A stretch of DNA of 64,000 nt from a virus (IMGVR_UViG_2660238580_000002), one strand, 5' to 3'. Counted from the first letter of the stretch, positions 48,310 to 59,604 are shown. Translations and numbers: made by a program. Notes: generated by a model from the letters alone, not told the origin.

Positions 48310-49862
48310 GAAAAATCCCCCAGAGAATTGTCTGGGGACATTTTAGAATGGTTCAAAGGGGACATTACAGCTTGGTGTTAACAATAGCCTGCTTCTCCGT
48401 GCCTTTCGGCACGTAAGAGGCTAACCTACATGTGTCTAGCATGAAATTGGCCTCAGATTAATGTTAAGCGTCTTGCAGGACGCGTAATGTTAACTGGGGC
48501 TTTTCTCTATCTGCCGTTGGTGTCCATGCCCGAGGCAGATAGCCTCAAGCACCCGCAGTCATTCTACTTAACTAAGATTTCCCCGCAAACCGTTTTTGTC
48601 CAGCACAGTAAATATCCAACTAAACCAATGGAGTTCGCTGTATTTACCGCCAGTATTCAATGCACATGACCGCCATGAACACCCCTAAAAAAAGGGCATT
48701 TATATATCCAAATATTAATATCAAAACATCAACTTTTTCCATATACCTTGCTGTGAAGATGATGGGCATACATGATGCGAACAACCAGAACGCAACAAAC
48801 AAAAACTGCAATGCGTTTTTCATTATTCCTCCTACAATCAATGTGCAATTACATTTAAACACACCTCAATTTGGCCGGACATATAAATATCTAAACCAGA
48901 AAAAATCACTTACATAGCGTTACAAACTCTTTAGTCTAAAGGTTCATCGTAAAACATTCCCCATACTTATCAGTCCGTTCCGCGCCAGGTAGCTCATTGC
49001 CTTATCTGGCAACCTGTAATCAGGTTTCCGCTTTTTCAGTTGGCTGGTCGTTTAACCGACATAGTTAATCCATTAATCTAGTTGCCGGATGTTGGTGGAT
49101 TTTCGCGTTTTAGTTGTTCATAAAAGTGCACAGCTTTAACCAGTTCTTCTGATGTAACTGGGACTGGTGAGGCAGTGAATAAGGCCTGAATTTGATAGTT
49201 CGGCCTGTCGTTACAATCCTCTTTTTTCGGTACATATTTCCAGTCACCAGACCACTACTTCCCCTGAAAGTCCGTAACGCCTTTTTTCACGTAGCGATAT
49301 CGCCATGCCACTGGTTTTGCTTGCCCCGCCGTTTCATGCCCTTCCTGATAATTAATCTCGCTCATTCATCGCCCCACTCATCACAATATGCTTCGACCGG
49401 AGTTTTTCCCGCTTCATAGTCATCACGCTAGGATTCGACATCAGCAGCACTTCCACCGCGTAACTCACCATAGTCCATTAATAGTTCATCCCGCTCTTCA
49501 AAACTGATGTTATATTTAGCTGAACAAAAATCAGCCACTTTGTTCTTCCTCATCGTCTTTTATTTCGTGGTATGAGTAATTGCAGTAGTTAAAGAAAATT
49601 TCTTATGCTCCGTCATGAATTTCCGTAAGCGTAAACTGACCGCCGTATGTAGCCATCAGACGAGAATTGGTAACTTAGACGCCCATCTGATATAGACGGA
49701 CATCTAAGTATGGAATTACAGGACTGGCGAAAAGAACCTCGTAAAAACTATTCGAATGAATTCAAACTTCGTAGACTGGCCCCCTGAATCTCCAGACAAC
49801 CAATATCACTTAAATAAGTGATAGTCTTAATACTAGTTTTTAGACTAGTCATTGGAGAGCAG

Positions 49863-50228
49863 ATGATTGATGTCTTAGGACCGGAGAAACGCAGACGGCG
49901 TACTACACAGGAAAAGATCGCTATTGTTCAGCAGAGTTTTGAACCGGGAATGACGGTCTCCCTTGTTGCCCGGCAACACGGTGTGGCAGCCAGCCAGTTA
50001 TTTCTCTGGCGCAAGCAATACCAGGAGGGAAGTCTTACTGCTGTGGCCGCAGGAGAGCAGGTCGTTCCTGCCTCTGAACTTGCTGCTGCCATGAAGCAGA
50101 TTAAAGAACTCCAGCGCCTGCTCGGCAAAAAAACGATGGAAAATGAACTCCTTAAAGAAGCCGTTGAATACGGGCGTGCAAAAAAGTGGATAGCGCACGC
50201 GCCCTTATTGCCCGGGGATGGGGAGTAA
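49863..50228 (+). CDS. insC: IS2 InsC (OrfA)
   Basis: [26 protein letters not shown]... Confidence 0.9.
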
Positions 50229-51091
50229 GCTTAGTCAGCCGTTGTCTCCGGGTGTCGCGTGCGCAGTTGCACGTAATTCTCAGACGAACCGATGACTGGA
50301 AAGATGGTCGCCGCAGCCGTCACTCAGATGATACGGATGTGCTTCTCCGTATACACCATGTTATCGGAGAGCTGCCCACGTATGGTTATCGTCGGGTATG
50401 GGCGCTGCTTCGCAGACAGGCCGAACTTGATGGTATGCCTGCGATCAATGCCAAACGTGTTTACCGGATCATGCGACAGAATGCGCTGTTGCTTGAGCGA
50501 AAAACCGCTGTACCGCCATCGAAACGGGCACATACTGGCAAAGTGGCCGTGAAAGAAAGCAATCAACGATGGTGCTCTGACGGGTTCGAGTTCCGCTGTG
50601 ATAACGGAGAAAAACTGCGAGTCACGTTCGCGCTGGACTGCTGTGACCGTGAGGCACTGCACTGGGCAGTCACTACGGGCGGCTTCGACAGTGAAACAGT
50701 ACAGGACGTCATGCTGGGAGCGGTGGAACGCCGCTTCGGCAACGAGCTTCCGGCGTCTCCAGTAGAGTGGCTGACGGATAATGGTTCATGCTACCGGGCT
50801 AATGAAACACGGCAGTTTGCCCGGATGTTGGGGCTTGAACCGAAGAACACGGCGGTGCGGAGTCCGGAGAGTAACGGCATAGCAGAGAGCTTCGTGAAAA
50901 CGATAAAGCGTGACTACATCAGTATCATGCCTAAACCAGACGGGTTAACGGCAGCAAAGAACCTTGCAGAGGCGTTCGAGCATTATAACGAATGGCATCC
51001 GCATAGTGCACTGGGTTATCGCTCGCCACGGGAATATCTGCGGCAGCAGGCCAGTAATGGGTTAAGTGATAACAGGTGTCTGGAAATATAG
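50186..51091 (+). CDS. insD: IS2 InsD transposase (OrfB)
   Basis: 301-aa [24 protein letters not shown]... Confidence 0.9.
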
Positions 51092-51103
51092 GGGCAAATC
51101 CAC

Positions 51104-51471
51104 TTCGTATGGTGGAACTGGCATCACAACCTGGAGCTTGTGTTGCACAGATTGCACGTGAAAATGGCGTCAATGATAATGTTATTTTCAAATGGCTCAG
51201 GCTCTGGCAGAACGAAGGGCGTGTTTCGCGGCGTCTTCCGGTAACGACCTCTTCTGACACTGGCGTTGAATTATTACCTGTAGAAATAACGCCGGATGAG
51301 CAGAAAGAACCTGTGGCGGCCATTGCGCCGTCTTTATCCACTTCCACTCAGACCAGAGTCAGTGCCAGTTCCTGCAAGGTGGAATTCCGTCACGGTAACA
51401 TGACGCTGGAAAATCCATCGCCAGAGCTGCTCACAGTGTTGATCCGTGAACTGACCGGGAGGGGAAGATGA
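51104..51471 (+). pseudogene. IS66-family TnpA, 3' portion (5' 21 codons lie at 49710-49772 upstream of IS2)
   Basis: Frame reads [21 protein letters not shown] | IS2 | MVELASQPGACVAQIARENG... Confidence 0.75.
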
Positions 51472-51818
51472 TCTCACTCCCATCAGGTACCCGTATCTGG
51501 CTCGTTGCCGGCGTTACCGATATGCGTAAATCCTTCAACGGACTGGGAGAACAGGTACAACATGTGCTGAATGATAATCCCTTCTCCGGTCACCTGTTTA
51601 TCTTCCGTGGCCGACGGGGTGACACCGTCAAAATTCTTTGGGCTGATGCTGATGGTCTGTGCCTGTTCACCAAACGCCTGGAGGAAGGCCAGTTTATCTG
51701 GCCTGCGGTACGTGACGGCAAGGTATCCATTACCCGCTCGCAACTGGCAATGCTCCTCGATAAGCTGGACTGGCGTCAGCCAAAAACATCCAGCCGTAAC
51801 TCACTGACAATGTTGTAA
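51468..51818 (+). CDS. IS66-family TnpB
   Basis: 116-aa ORF MISLPSGTRIWLVAGVTDMRKSFNGL... Confidence 0.85.
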   Translation: MISLPSGTRIWLVAGVTDMRKSFNGLGEQVQHVLNDNPFSGHLFIFRGRRGDTVKILWADADGLCLFTKRLEEGQFIWPAVRDGKVSITRSQLAMLLDKLDWRQPKTSSRNSLTML

Positions 51819-51848
51819 AAAACTCCTGACCGCATTATAAAAACGGTC

Positions 51849-53462
51849 ATGAGTCAGAAATACCTCATTCGCATCGCAGAGCTGGAAAGGTTGCTCTCTG
51901 AGCAGGCTGAAGCCCTCCGTCAGAAAGACCAGCAACTGAGTCTGGTTGAAGAGACGGAAGCCTTCCTGCGCTCTGCACTGACACGTGTCGAAGAAAAGAT
52001 CGAAGAAGATGAACGGGAAATAGAACATCTGCGGGCTCAGATAGAAAAACTGCGCCGGATGCTGTTCGGTACCCGTTCTGAAAAACTGCGTCGTGAAGTT
52101 GAACTGGCTGAGGCTCTGCTGAAACAACGTGAACAGGACAGCGATCGTTACAGTGGGCGGGAAGACGATCCTCAGGTTCCCCGCCAGTTGCGACAGTCGC
52201 GCCATCGTCGTCCGTTACCGGCACACCTTCCCCGTGAAATACACCGCCTGGAGCCAGAAGAAAGCTGTTGCCCGGAGTGTGGCGGTGAGCTGGATTATCT
52301 GGGGGAAGTCAGCGCTGAACAGCTGGAACTGGTGAGCAGTGCCCTGAAAGTGATCCGCACAGAACGGGTAAAAAAAGCCTGTACAAAATGTGACTGTATT
52401 GTTGAAGCACCGGCGCCGTCCCGCCCGGTAGAGCGTGGTATCGCGGGCCCCGGATTACTTGCCCGCGTGTTAACGGGAAAATACTGCGAACATCTGCCAC
52501 TGTATCGTCAGAGTGAAATCTTTGCCCGCCAGGGTGTCGAACTGAGCCGGGCCTTACTCTCCAACTGGGTTGACGCGTGCTGCCAGTTAATGACACCGGT
52601 GAATGATGCCCTGTACCGTTATGTAATGAACACCCGCAAGGTTCACACTGATGACACACCGGTAAAGGTACTGGCACCGGGTCAGAAAAAGGCGAAAACA
52701 GGGCGTATCTGGACGTATGTCCGGGATGATCGCAATGTGGGTTCGTCATCTCCTCCAGCGGTCTGGTTCGCGTACTCGCCGAACCGGCAGGGGAAACACC
52801 CGGAGCAACACCTCCGCCCCTTCCGGGGTATCCTGCAGGCGGATGCGTTCACAGGTTACGACAGGTTGTTCAGTGCAGAACGTGAAGGTGGTGCACTGAC
52901 AGAAGTTGCGTGCTGGGCCCATGCCCGGCGAAAAATCCACGATGTATACATCAGCAGCAAAAGTGCGACGGCAGAAGAAGCCCTGAAGCGAATCAGTGAA
53001 CTGTACGCCATCGAGGATGAAATACGGGGATTACCGGAGTCAGAGCGTCTTGCCGTCAGGCAGCAGCGAAGCAAAGTGTTACTGACGTCGCTGCATGAAT
53101 GGATGGTGGAGAAGAATGGTACGCTGTCGAAAAAATCCAGACTGGGCGAAGCGTTCAGCTATGTACTGAATCAGTGGGATGCCCTCTGTTATTACAGTGA
53201 TGACGGTCTGGCGGAGGCGGATAATAATGCTGCGGAAAGAGCGCTTCGTGCAGTCTGTCTCGGAAAGAAAAACTTTATGTTCTTTGGCAGCGATCACGGC
53301 GGCGAGCGTGGAGCACTGTTGTACGGGCTGATCGGCACCTGCCGTCTGAACGGTATCGATCCGGAAGCGTATCTGCGCCATATCCTGAGCGTACTGCCGG
53401 AATGGCCTTCCAACCGAGTTGATGAACTCCTGCCATGGAACGTAGTACTCACCAATAAATAA
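51849..53462 (+). CDS. IS66-family transposase TnpC
   Basis: 537-aa ORF with N-terminal coiled coil, Cys zinc motif and DDE region. Confidence 0.85.
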   Translation: MSQKYLIRIAELERLLSEQAEALRQKDQQLSLVEETEAFLRSALTRVEEKIEEDEREIEHLRAQIEKLRRMLFGTRSEKLRREVELAEALLKQREQDSDRYSGREDDPQVPRQLRQSRHRRPLPAHLPREIHRLEPEESCCPECGGELDYLGEVSAEQLELVSSALKVIRTERVKKACTKCDCIVEAPAPSRPVERGIAGPGLLARVLTGKYCEHLPLYRQSEIFARQGVELSRALLSNWVDACCQLMTPVNDALYRYVMNTRKVHTDDTPVKVLAPGQKKAKTGRIWTYVRDDRNVGSSSPPAVWFAYSPNRQGKHPEQHLRPFRGILQADAFTGYDRLFSAEREGGALTEVACWAHARRKIHDVYISSKSATAEEALKRISELYAIEDEIRGLPESERLAVRQQRSKVLLTSLHEWMVEKNGTLSKKSRLGEAFSYVLNQWDALCYYSDDGLAEADNNAAERALRAVCLGKKNFMFFGSDHGGERGALLYGLIGTCRLNGIDPEAYLRHILSVLPEWPSNRVDELLPWNVVLTNK

Positions 53463-53851
53463 GCGTCAATACGGTGCTCCGTTGACGCTTACGAATTTCC
53501 TCAGGTGTTGCGTCATCGTCCACTTCGAATACATCCTCAAAATCTCCACCAGCTATTCCCGTTTCAATAATAATTTTGAACTTTCGCATTTCACTACCGC
53601 CCTTTCGGGCGGCCTCCTGATGTTCTGAGGGTGCAGAAATCCATCCGGTTAAGGATTAAATTTTATTTACAGAACTGAATTTAATTATTCAGATATACGT
53701 ATCTGTAGCCTTACGAATCTACTCACTGGATGCCTCTTTCATAAAAATAATCCAGTGGGTTTTATCGTTTTTTCCCTGTTCGTTGACAGATAACAGGTTT
53801 TCTGTCTGTCAGTGCCAGAATCTGGCTTACCGGTATTTGCGTTTCATTCCA

Positions 53852-54208
53852 TTAAAAAATCAGAACGCCGTGCGGCCTCAACACCCGAAAGGCTTCTTTA
53901 AATCTCTGTCGCGAATCATCACGCCAGGCATCTTTATTCAGCCGTCCATATTTCTTTCCCATCCAGGCGTTATCACCAACACTCTCAAGATGCGGAGGGT
54001 CTAATACAACCATCGAAAAAGATGCGTCTGCAAATGATAATGCACGAAAATCTGCGATAATGTCAGGGCTGATAATCAAGCGTCTCCCATTGCGTAATGT
54101 GTATCCTTCTTTTCTGATATCGCTGAATATCGCCCGTTCGTCAGACTTATCGAACCAGAACATGCGGCTGCCACAGCACATATCAAGAATGGTTGCCGGT
54201 GCACTCAC
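53852..54208 (-). CDS. DNA methyltransferase-like fragment (SAM-binding + DPPH motif), possibly truncated
   Basis: 118-aa ORF with DMCCGSRMF and VVLDPPH; too short for a complete MTase. Confidence 0.35.
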   Translation of the reverse strand: MSAPATILDMCCGSRMFWFDKSDERAIFSDIRKEGYTLRNGRRLIISPDIIADFRALSFADASFSMVVLDPPHLESVGDNAWMGKKYGRLNKDAWRDDSRQRFKEAFRVLRPHGVLIF

Positions 54209-54627
54209 TGCGCCACGTCCTGAAAATTACCCTGATAGAAAGCCAGTATGCGCTGCATAACTTCGCTCTTCCGGCACTCGCGACAGATTATGTTTAGGCG
54301 ACTGTCGTAGCGACGTATTTCTCCGTCAGGTGATGACCAGATAAGGTCCGGATCAACCACAGCAGGTTTCTTCACCTTTGCCCTCGAGAGTTTTTTGCGG
54401 GCGTTTTGCCAGTCCTTACGCGCCTGTTCAGAGGGGAATAACCCGTAGCCGGAGTTGTATACATCGCCACTGGCTACCAGCTCTCTGGCAAGAACGCTCA
54501 TCAGATATCTAGTCGCACCTGTTTTAGCTTCCAGTTGCCGTAACGTCTCACGGCCGCTCTGGCGCACGAGTTCCACCACCTGCCATTTAATTTTTTCCCG
54601 CTCTTCTTGTGTAAAAACTTTTGCCAC
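54205..54627 (-). CDS. Hypothetical phage protein (replication-region)
   Basis: 140-aa ORF, stop overlaps start of downstream ORF. Confidence 0.4.
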   Translation of the reverse strand: MAKVFTQEEREKIKWQVVELVRQSGRETLRQLEAKTGATRYLMSVLARELVASGDVYNSGYGLFPSEQARKDWQNARKKLSRAKVKKPAVVDPDLIWSSPDGEIRRYDSRLNIICRECRKSEVMQRILAFYQGNFQDVAQ

Positions 54628-54667
54628 AAGTCCCCCTTAAAATTACCTCATGACCTGAAATCAACAC

Positions 54668-55687
54668 TTATCCTCTGAAACCAGGCGGAATTTCTGTATC
54701 CGGTTCAGAAATATGATTAACACAACGCTGTACAGGTGAACGTCCCAGGCGGATGACCAGTTCGTCCCATTTTTCGCGGAGCTTTGACGGGCTCATGATG
54801 TTTTTTACCCAGAATGGATCTCGCTGAACCCGACCAAACATTTCGCAAATTTGTCTGTGGCTTCTGCCATCCAGCATCCGCATTGTGCGCACGTCATTGG
54901 CCCAGGCAGTCCAGTTAGGCTCTTTTGGTCGCATGATCTCGCCATCATCACTGGCTGCCTGTTCGTAGAGACCCACGATCCGCCCCCAGATCCACTGCGC
55001 ACACGCCAAATCCTCCCTGCTACCCCACTGGCGTTTTTTCGCACTAAACACAACCGCGTCGGAGTTCCGGGTTAAAAAATCCTGTTCAGTCGTCTGCGGG
55101 TCCGGTTGCGAAGCTTCCGGACGAAAAGTGTTTTTATTCTCTGTAGTAATCTCTGTTGTATTCTCTGTAAGATCATCAGGCCATTTTGACCCGATGACAT
55201 TGGGTCGTTTTGAACCAATGGAGCGTTTCATTTTGACCTCTTCCATCGTGTCATTTTGACCTGATGGAGCGGCGCATTTTGAACCGATGGATTCGCTCAA
55301 TTTGCCACCATCTAAAAGCTCGCTCCCATAGTTGATCGTGTAGAAATTGGTCATATCGCGCTTTGATTTATTGAGCTTTTCACAACGCAAAAGCCCCAGC
55401 GTTTTCAGACTTGCAAACGCGCGCTTTAACGTTGACTCTGACCAGAATGGGAACTGTTCCAGCCATTGTTCCGTTGTGTTATAAATCCAGCGAACACCAT
55501 CACATTCCATGCCGGAGTTGGTATCTCTCAACCAGTAGTGCAGTTGTTGCAAAACAATGGCTTCGTTTAAGCCAATTTTCATTGCCAGCTGCGTGTTTAT
55601 AACCAGTGGGCGTTCAGCAAAAAGAAGGCTCATAATTCCATCCAGCTTTTTGTTGGTATTGCTGTCGATACGCAAGTTTGAAAGCAA
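54668..55687 (-). CDS. Replication initiator (O-like replisome organiser) with internal iterons
   Basis: 339-aa ORF; coding region contains ori-type direct repeats. Confidence 0.65.
   Translation of the reverse strand: MLSNLRIDSNTNKKLDGIMSLLFAERPLVINTQLAMKIGLNEAIVLQQLHYWLRDTNSGMECDGVRWIYNTTEQWLEQFPFWSESTLKRAFASLKTLGLLRCEKLNKSKRDMTNFYTINYGSELLDGGKLSESIGSKCAAPSGQNDTMEEVKMKRSIGSKRPNVIGSKWPDDLTENTTEITTENKNTFRPEASQPDPQTTEQDFLTRNSDAVVFSAKKRQWGSREDLACAQWIWGRIVGLYEQAASDDGEIMRPKEPNWTAWANDVRTMRMLDGRSHRQICEMFGRVQRDPFWVKNIMSPSKLREKWDELVIRLGRSPVQRCVNHISEPDTEIPPGFRG
55182..55285. repeat. Five CATTTTGA(A)CC iterons inside the O-like gene (prophage ori)
   Basis: Direct repeats spaced ~22-25 bp. Confidence 0.7.
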
Positions 55688-56135
55688 TTGCTTTTTCTAT
55701 AAGTTCGTCAGTTTCACGATCCACTACGGCAGGATCAGCAAAAAGCAGTCCGGACTCCACCACATCGCCATATTCTTTGTTTAACCCGGCGATCATGCAC
55801 GTGATGCTTTTTCCGTCAGTAATTTCACGATACAACCTGAAATCATTAATCCGGATAGCCTCCATAATTGCAGGCACTAGCGCCGTGAACTTTTCACGCT
55901 TATCCCTGGTGTCGATAGCCTTCCAGCGTTCAAATATCTTCACTCGATTAACGCCAAGCGCTCGCTGATCAATCGCGCCACCTTCATATGTGACACGCTG
56001 AACATCGATGTTCGGGCGCTCTTTCAAAGCCCAGAATGCTTCAGTGATTAATATCGTCGCCTGCTCCTGTGTCATTCCTGGTCGACATATCCAGGCATCC
56101 AGAGCCTCACGAGCCTGTTCAGGAGTGATTTTCAT
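55614..56135 (-). CDS. YdaT-like protein
   Basis: 173-aa ORF; central region resembles remembered Rac YdaT; overlaps O-like ORF start. Confidence 0.45.
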   Translation of the reverse strand: MKITPEQAREALDAWICRPGMTQEQATILITEAFWALKERPNIDVQRVTYEGGAIDQRALGVNRVKIFERWKAIDTRDKREKFTALVPAIMEAIRINDFRLYREITDGKSITCMIAGLNKEYGDVVESGLLFADPAVVDRETDELIEKAIAFKLAYRQQYQQKAGWNYEPSFC

Positions 56136-56349
56136 TGTTCAACCGCCCCGCCCGCTTCGTCTTACGATATTCATCATAAACTTTGGGATCATACTGAAGC
56201 TCCCCGCCAGATGCCTCCTGTAGACGCATCGCGCGACCTTCGGGAACTAAATCCCCTTTCCAGCTATAAAGCGAAGCCAAACGAATACCTGCTGCTTGTG
56301 CAAGTTTTGTTTTTGAACCGAAATACAAAAGAGCGTCAGTTTTAAGCAT
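56119..56349 (-). CDS. dicC: DicC (Cro-like regulator)
   Basis: 76-aa ORF MLKTDALLYFGSKTKLAQAAGIRLASLYSWKGD...; divergent from dicA. Confidence 0.85.
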   Translation of the reverse strand: MLKTDALLYFGSKTKLAQAAGIRLASLYSWKGDLVPEGRAMRLQEASGGELQYDPKVYDEYRKTKRAGRLNNENHS

Positions 56350-56432
56350 TTAAAACACCTTTATTGTTAGTCATAACTAACAAGATAGATGTTAACAAAA
56401 ACATAGTCAATACGATTTAGCATTAGCTAACT

Positions 56433-56840
56433 ATGGAAACAAAAAATTTAACTATCGGCGAACGCATCAGGTATCGTCGGAAAAACCTCAAACACACCCA
56501 AAGGTCTCTTGCTAAAGCCCTGAAAATCTCCCATGTGTCTGTATCACAATGGGAACGGGGTGATAGTGAACCTACAGGGAAGAACCTTTTTGCCCTCAGC
56601 AAAGTATTGCAATGCTCACCAACATGGATTCTATTTGGCGATGAAGACAAGCAACCAACACCACCTGTTGAGAAGCCAGTTGCCTTATCCCCCAAAGAAC
56701 TAGAGCTCCTTGAGCTGTTTAATGCACTGCCAGAATCAGAACAGGATACCCAGCTCGCCGAAATGCGAGCTCGAGTAAAAAACTTCAATAAACTCTTTGA
56801 AGAATTACTAAAAGCCCGTCAGCGGACAAATAAAAGATAA
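56433..56840 (+). CDS. dicA: DicA repressor (HTH-XRE)
   Basis: 135-aa ORF METKNLTIGERIRYRRKNLKHTQRSLAKAL... Confidence 0.9.
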   Translation: METKNLTIGERIRYRRKNLKHTQRSLAKALKISHVSVSQWERGDSEPTGKNLFALSKVLQCSPTWILFGDEDKQPTPPVEKPVALSPKELELLELFNALPESEQDTQLAEMRARVKNFNKLFEELLKARQRTNKR

Positions 56841-57006
56841 CATCATCAATGAGTTATCTTTTACCACATCAATTATGTTAGCTATAGCATACAAAATCAC
56901 TTGACCGATATGTTAGTCATGGCTAATCTTGTTTGCATCAACACACCGCACGGTGTTCTCAGCAAACAGTTCCGCTACCCCAGCGTTAAGGGGAAATGAG
57001 GTCAGC

Positions 57007-57162
57007 ATGGATACTATCGATCTTGGCAACAACGAATCTCTGGTGTACGGCGTGTTTCCAAACCAGGACGGCACGTTCACCGCAATGACGTATACCAAAA
57101 GCAAAACGTTTAAAACCGAAAATGGTGCCCGTCGCTGGCTGGAAAGAAACTCAGGTGAGTGA
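57007..57162 (+). CDS. ydfA: YdfA
   Basis: 51 aa MDTIDLGNNESLVYGVFPNQDG... Confidence 0.8.
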   Translation: MDTIDLGNNESLVYGVFPNQDGTFTAMTYTKSKTFKTENGARRWLERNSGE

Positions 57163-57163
57163 T

Positions 57164-57292
57164 ATGGATTTCGACACAATCATGGAAAAGGCTTACGAAG
57201 AATACTTCGAAGGCCTTGCCGAAGGCGAAGAAGCTCTCAGCTTCAGTGAGTTTAAACAGGCGCTTTCCAGTTCGGCAAAATCTAACGGCTGA
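57164..57292 (+). CDS. ydfB: YdfB
   Basis: 42 aa MDFDTIMEKAYEEYFEGLAEGEEALSFSEFKQALSSSAKSNG, read from sequence. Confidence 0.75.
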   Translation: MDFDTIMEKAYEEYFEGLAEGEEALSFSEFKQALSSSAKSNG

Positions 57293-57321
57293 TAAGCGAA
57301 ACAGCACCGCGAGGAATCAGT

Positions 57322-57540
57322 ATGCAGAAACGAGAACCCGTCATCATCGCGCCAGACTATACCGATGATGAACTTTATGAGTGGATGCGCCAGAAAATTA
57401 ATGCAGCGCAGGATCTGAAATGGGCTAATGAAGCCAGGGCTAAGCAGGCTGAAAATCTGTCCGCTCTGGAGCAGGATATCACCAATCTGGAAAAAGCAGC
57501 GGCATTAAGCATTGCCAGAATGATTACATACCCGCGTTAG
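57322..57540 (+). CDS. ydfC: YdfC
   Basis: 72-aa ORF MQKREPVIIAPDYTDDELYEWMRQ... Confidence 0.8.
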   Translation: MQKREPVIIAPDYTDDELYEWMRQKINAAQDLKWANEARAKQAENLSALEQDITNLEKAAALSIARMITYPR

Positions 57541-57880
57541 TAGCTAATCAACAAAGCTAAGGTTAGTAATTAAGGAGTTCTCCACGGGTGAGGTGGAGTG
57601 CGTGCGCCGGACACGGGTGCGCATCCGGAACTGACAGTTTACTGAAAGGATATTTCCCTGAAAAGTCAGACCATAACGCGAAAGCGCACGGCGAGGTAGC
57701 TGGTTCATAGATAGCCTGTCGTTAAATTTTCGTCGACCGTGCGCTTCCGGTTGTGGCAACCCGCGAAATGGCGCGGCGGTAAGTATGGCGGGGTTATTCC
57801 TTCCCCGTTGAGGACACCGGGTTGTCAGGTTGACCATACGCTTAAGTGACAACCCCGCTGCAACGCCCTCTGTTATCAAT

Positions 57881-57933
57881 TTTCTGGTGACGTTTGGCGG
57901 TATCAGTTTTACTCCGTGACTGCTCTGCCGCCC
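57881..57933 (+). ncRNA. dicF: DicF small regulatory RNA (ftsZ-targeting)
   Basis: TTTCTGGTGACGTTTGGCGGTATCAGTTTTACTCCGTGACTGCTCTGCCGCCC then T tract; between ydfC and dicB. Confidence 0.85.
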
Positions 57934-58107
57934 TTTTTAAAGTGAATTTTGTGATGTGGTGAATGCGGCTGAGCGCACGCGGAACAGTTAAAACCCAAAA
58001 CAGTGTTATGGGTGGATTCTCTGTATCCGGCGTTAATTGTTAACTGGTTAACGTCACCTGGAGGCACCAGGCACTGCATCACAAAATTCATTGTTGAGGA
58101 CGCGATA

Positions 58108-58296
58108 ATGAAAACGTTATTACCAAACGTTAATACGTCTGAAGGTTGTTTTGAAATTGGTGTCACTATCAGTAACCCAGTATTTACTGAAGATGCCATT
58201 AACAAGAGAAAACAAGAACGGGAGCTATTAAATAAAATATGCATTGTTTCAATGCTGGCTCGTTTACGTCTGATGCCAAAAGGATGTGCACAATGA
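58108..58296 (+). CDS. dicB: DicB cell-division inhibitor
   Basis: 62 aa MKTLLPNVNTSEGCFEIGVTISNPVFTEDAINKRK... Confidence 0.9.
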   Translation: MKTLLPNVNTSEGCFEIGVTISNPVFTEDAINKRKQERELLNKICIVSMLARLRLMPKGCAQ

Positions 58297-58390
58297 ATTC
58301 AGCATTTGTGCTTGTTCTGACAGTTTTTCTTGTTTCCGGAGAGCCAGTTGAACCGCCCCGGGTTTCCTGGAGAGTGTTTTATCTGTGAAC

Positions 58391-59281
58391 TCAGGCTGCC
58401 AGATCATCGTTTCCGATGGAAGCATAATAAGCTTTTTCTGCTTCTGCCGGAGGAGTATGGCCCAGCCTTTCCAGCAATCGTCGATTGTTATACCAGTCCA
58501 CCCACGTGAGTGTGGCCAGTTCCACTTCTGCACGGTTTTTCCAGCTCTTACGGTGTATTACCTCCGCTTTGTAAAGACCATTGATGCTCTCCGCCATCGC
58601 GTTGTCATACGAGTCGCCTGTACTTCCTGTTGATGCCAGTAATCCGGCTTCCTTAAGCCGCTGTGTGTAGGCCAGCGATACATACTGAGAACCTTTATCA
58701 CTGTGATGGACCGTGCCGGACGGTCGACGGGCCCATAACGCCTGCTCCAGTGCATCCAGCACGAATGTCGTTTCCATGGACGATGAGACCCGCCACCCCA
58801 CGATGTATCCGGCAAACACATCAATGATGAACGCCACATAGACGAAGCCCCGCCATGTGCTGACGTAAGTAAAATCAGCCACCCACAGCTGGTCAGGTCG
58901 TTCTGCCACGAACTGACGGTTTACGCGGTCGCCTGCGGCAACGGCTTTCCGGCTGATGGTCGTACGGACCTTTTTACCCCGGAGAACACCGGCAAGTCCC
59001 ATAACCGCCATGAGACGTGCCACAGTGCATCTGGCCACTCTGATACCTTCCCGTAACAACTGACGCCAGACTTTACGCACACCGTATACCTTGTGATTTT
59101 CATCGTATACGCGCTGTATCTCTTTCTTCAGCCAGTCATCGCGCTGCGCACGGGCACTGCGTTTATCCGGATGATGTCGCTGTTGCTGACAGTGGTAATA
59201 CGTTGACGGGGCAATATGCAGTTCGCTGCATAGCGGTCCGACCCCGTACTGCTCACGCAGCTTATCCAGCAGTGGCATCAT
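58391..59281 (-). CDS. IS629 transposase OrfB
   Basis: Translation identical to copy 1 OrfB. Confidence 0.9.
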   Translation of the reverse strand: MMPLLDKLREQYGVGPLCSELHIAPSTYYHCQQQRHHPDKRSARAQRDDWLKKEIQRVYDENHKVYGVRKVWRQLLREGIRVARCTVARLMAVMGLAGVLRGKKVRTTISRKAVAAGDRVNRQFVAERPDQLWVADFTYVSTWRGFVYVAFIIDVFAGYIVGWRVSSSMETTFVLDALEQALWARRPSGTVHHSDKGSQYVSLAYTQRLKEAGLLASTGSTGDSYDNAMAESINGLYKAEVIHRKSWKNRAEVELATLTWVDWYNNRRLLERLGHTPPAEAEKAYYASIGNDDLAA

Positions 59282-59604
59282 TTTTTCCAGAGGCGGTCGA
59301 ACTCCGCCTTCGCAAAATAAGCGGAAGCCTGGCGAAGGATATCGTTACTGCGGCGCAGTTCACGATTTTCACGTTCCAGCTCTTTCAGACGCTGACGTTC
59401 AGCGGTGGTGAGCCCTCCATCACCGCCCCCGGTATCCCGCTCATGCTGGCGAACCCAGACACGCAGAGTCTCCGGCGTACAGCCAATCTTTGGAGCAATG
59501 GAACAAATTGTCGCCCATTGTGAGTCATATTCGCTCTGACTTTCCAGAACCATACGGACTGCCCGTTGACGGACTTCGGGGGAAAAACGAGTATTTTTAG
59601 TCAT
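59278..59604 (-). CDS. IS629 OrfA
   Basis: Translation identical to copy 1 OrfA. Confidence 0.9.
   Translation of the reverse strand: MTKNTRFSPEVRQRAVRMVLESQSEYDSQWATICSIAPKIGCTPETLRVWVRQHERDTGGGDGGLTTAERQRLKELERENRELRRSNDILRQASAYFAKAEFDRLWKK

Larger units (their letters stand above)
49773..51103 (+). mobile_element. IS2 (1331 bp) inserted in IS66 tnpA; 5-bp target duplication CTTCG
   Basis: TAGACTGGCCCCCTGAATCTCC left end, ...ATAGGGGCAAATCCA right end; CTTCG on both flanks. Confidence 0.9.
49625..53492 (+). mobile_element. IS66-family element (tnpA-tnpB-tnpC) carrying a nested IS2; 8-bp target duplication GAATTTCC
   Basis: GTAAGCG-type terminal inverted repeats at both ends; GAATTTCC at 49617-49624 and 53493-53500. 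Confidence 0.8.

Noticed and set aside
51076-51471. Track ORF start for IS66 tnpA inside IS2
   Set aside because: The first codons are IS2 end sequence; the genuine tnpA start lies upstream of IS2 at 49710.
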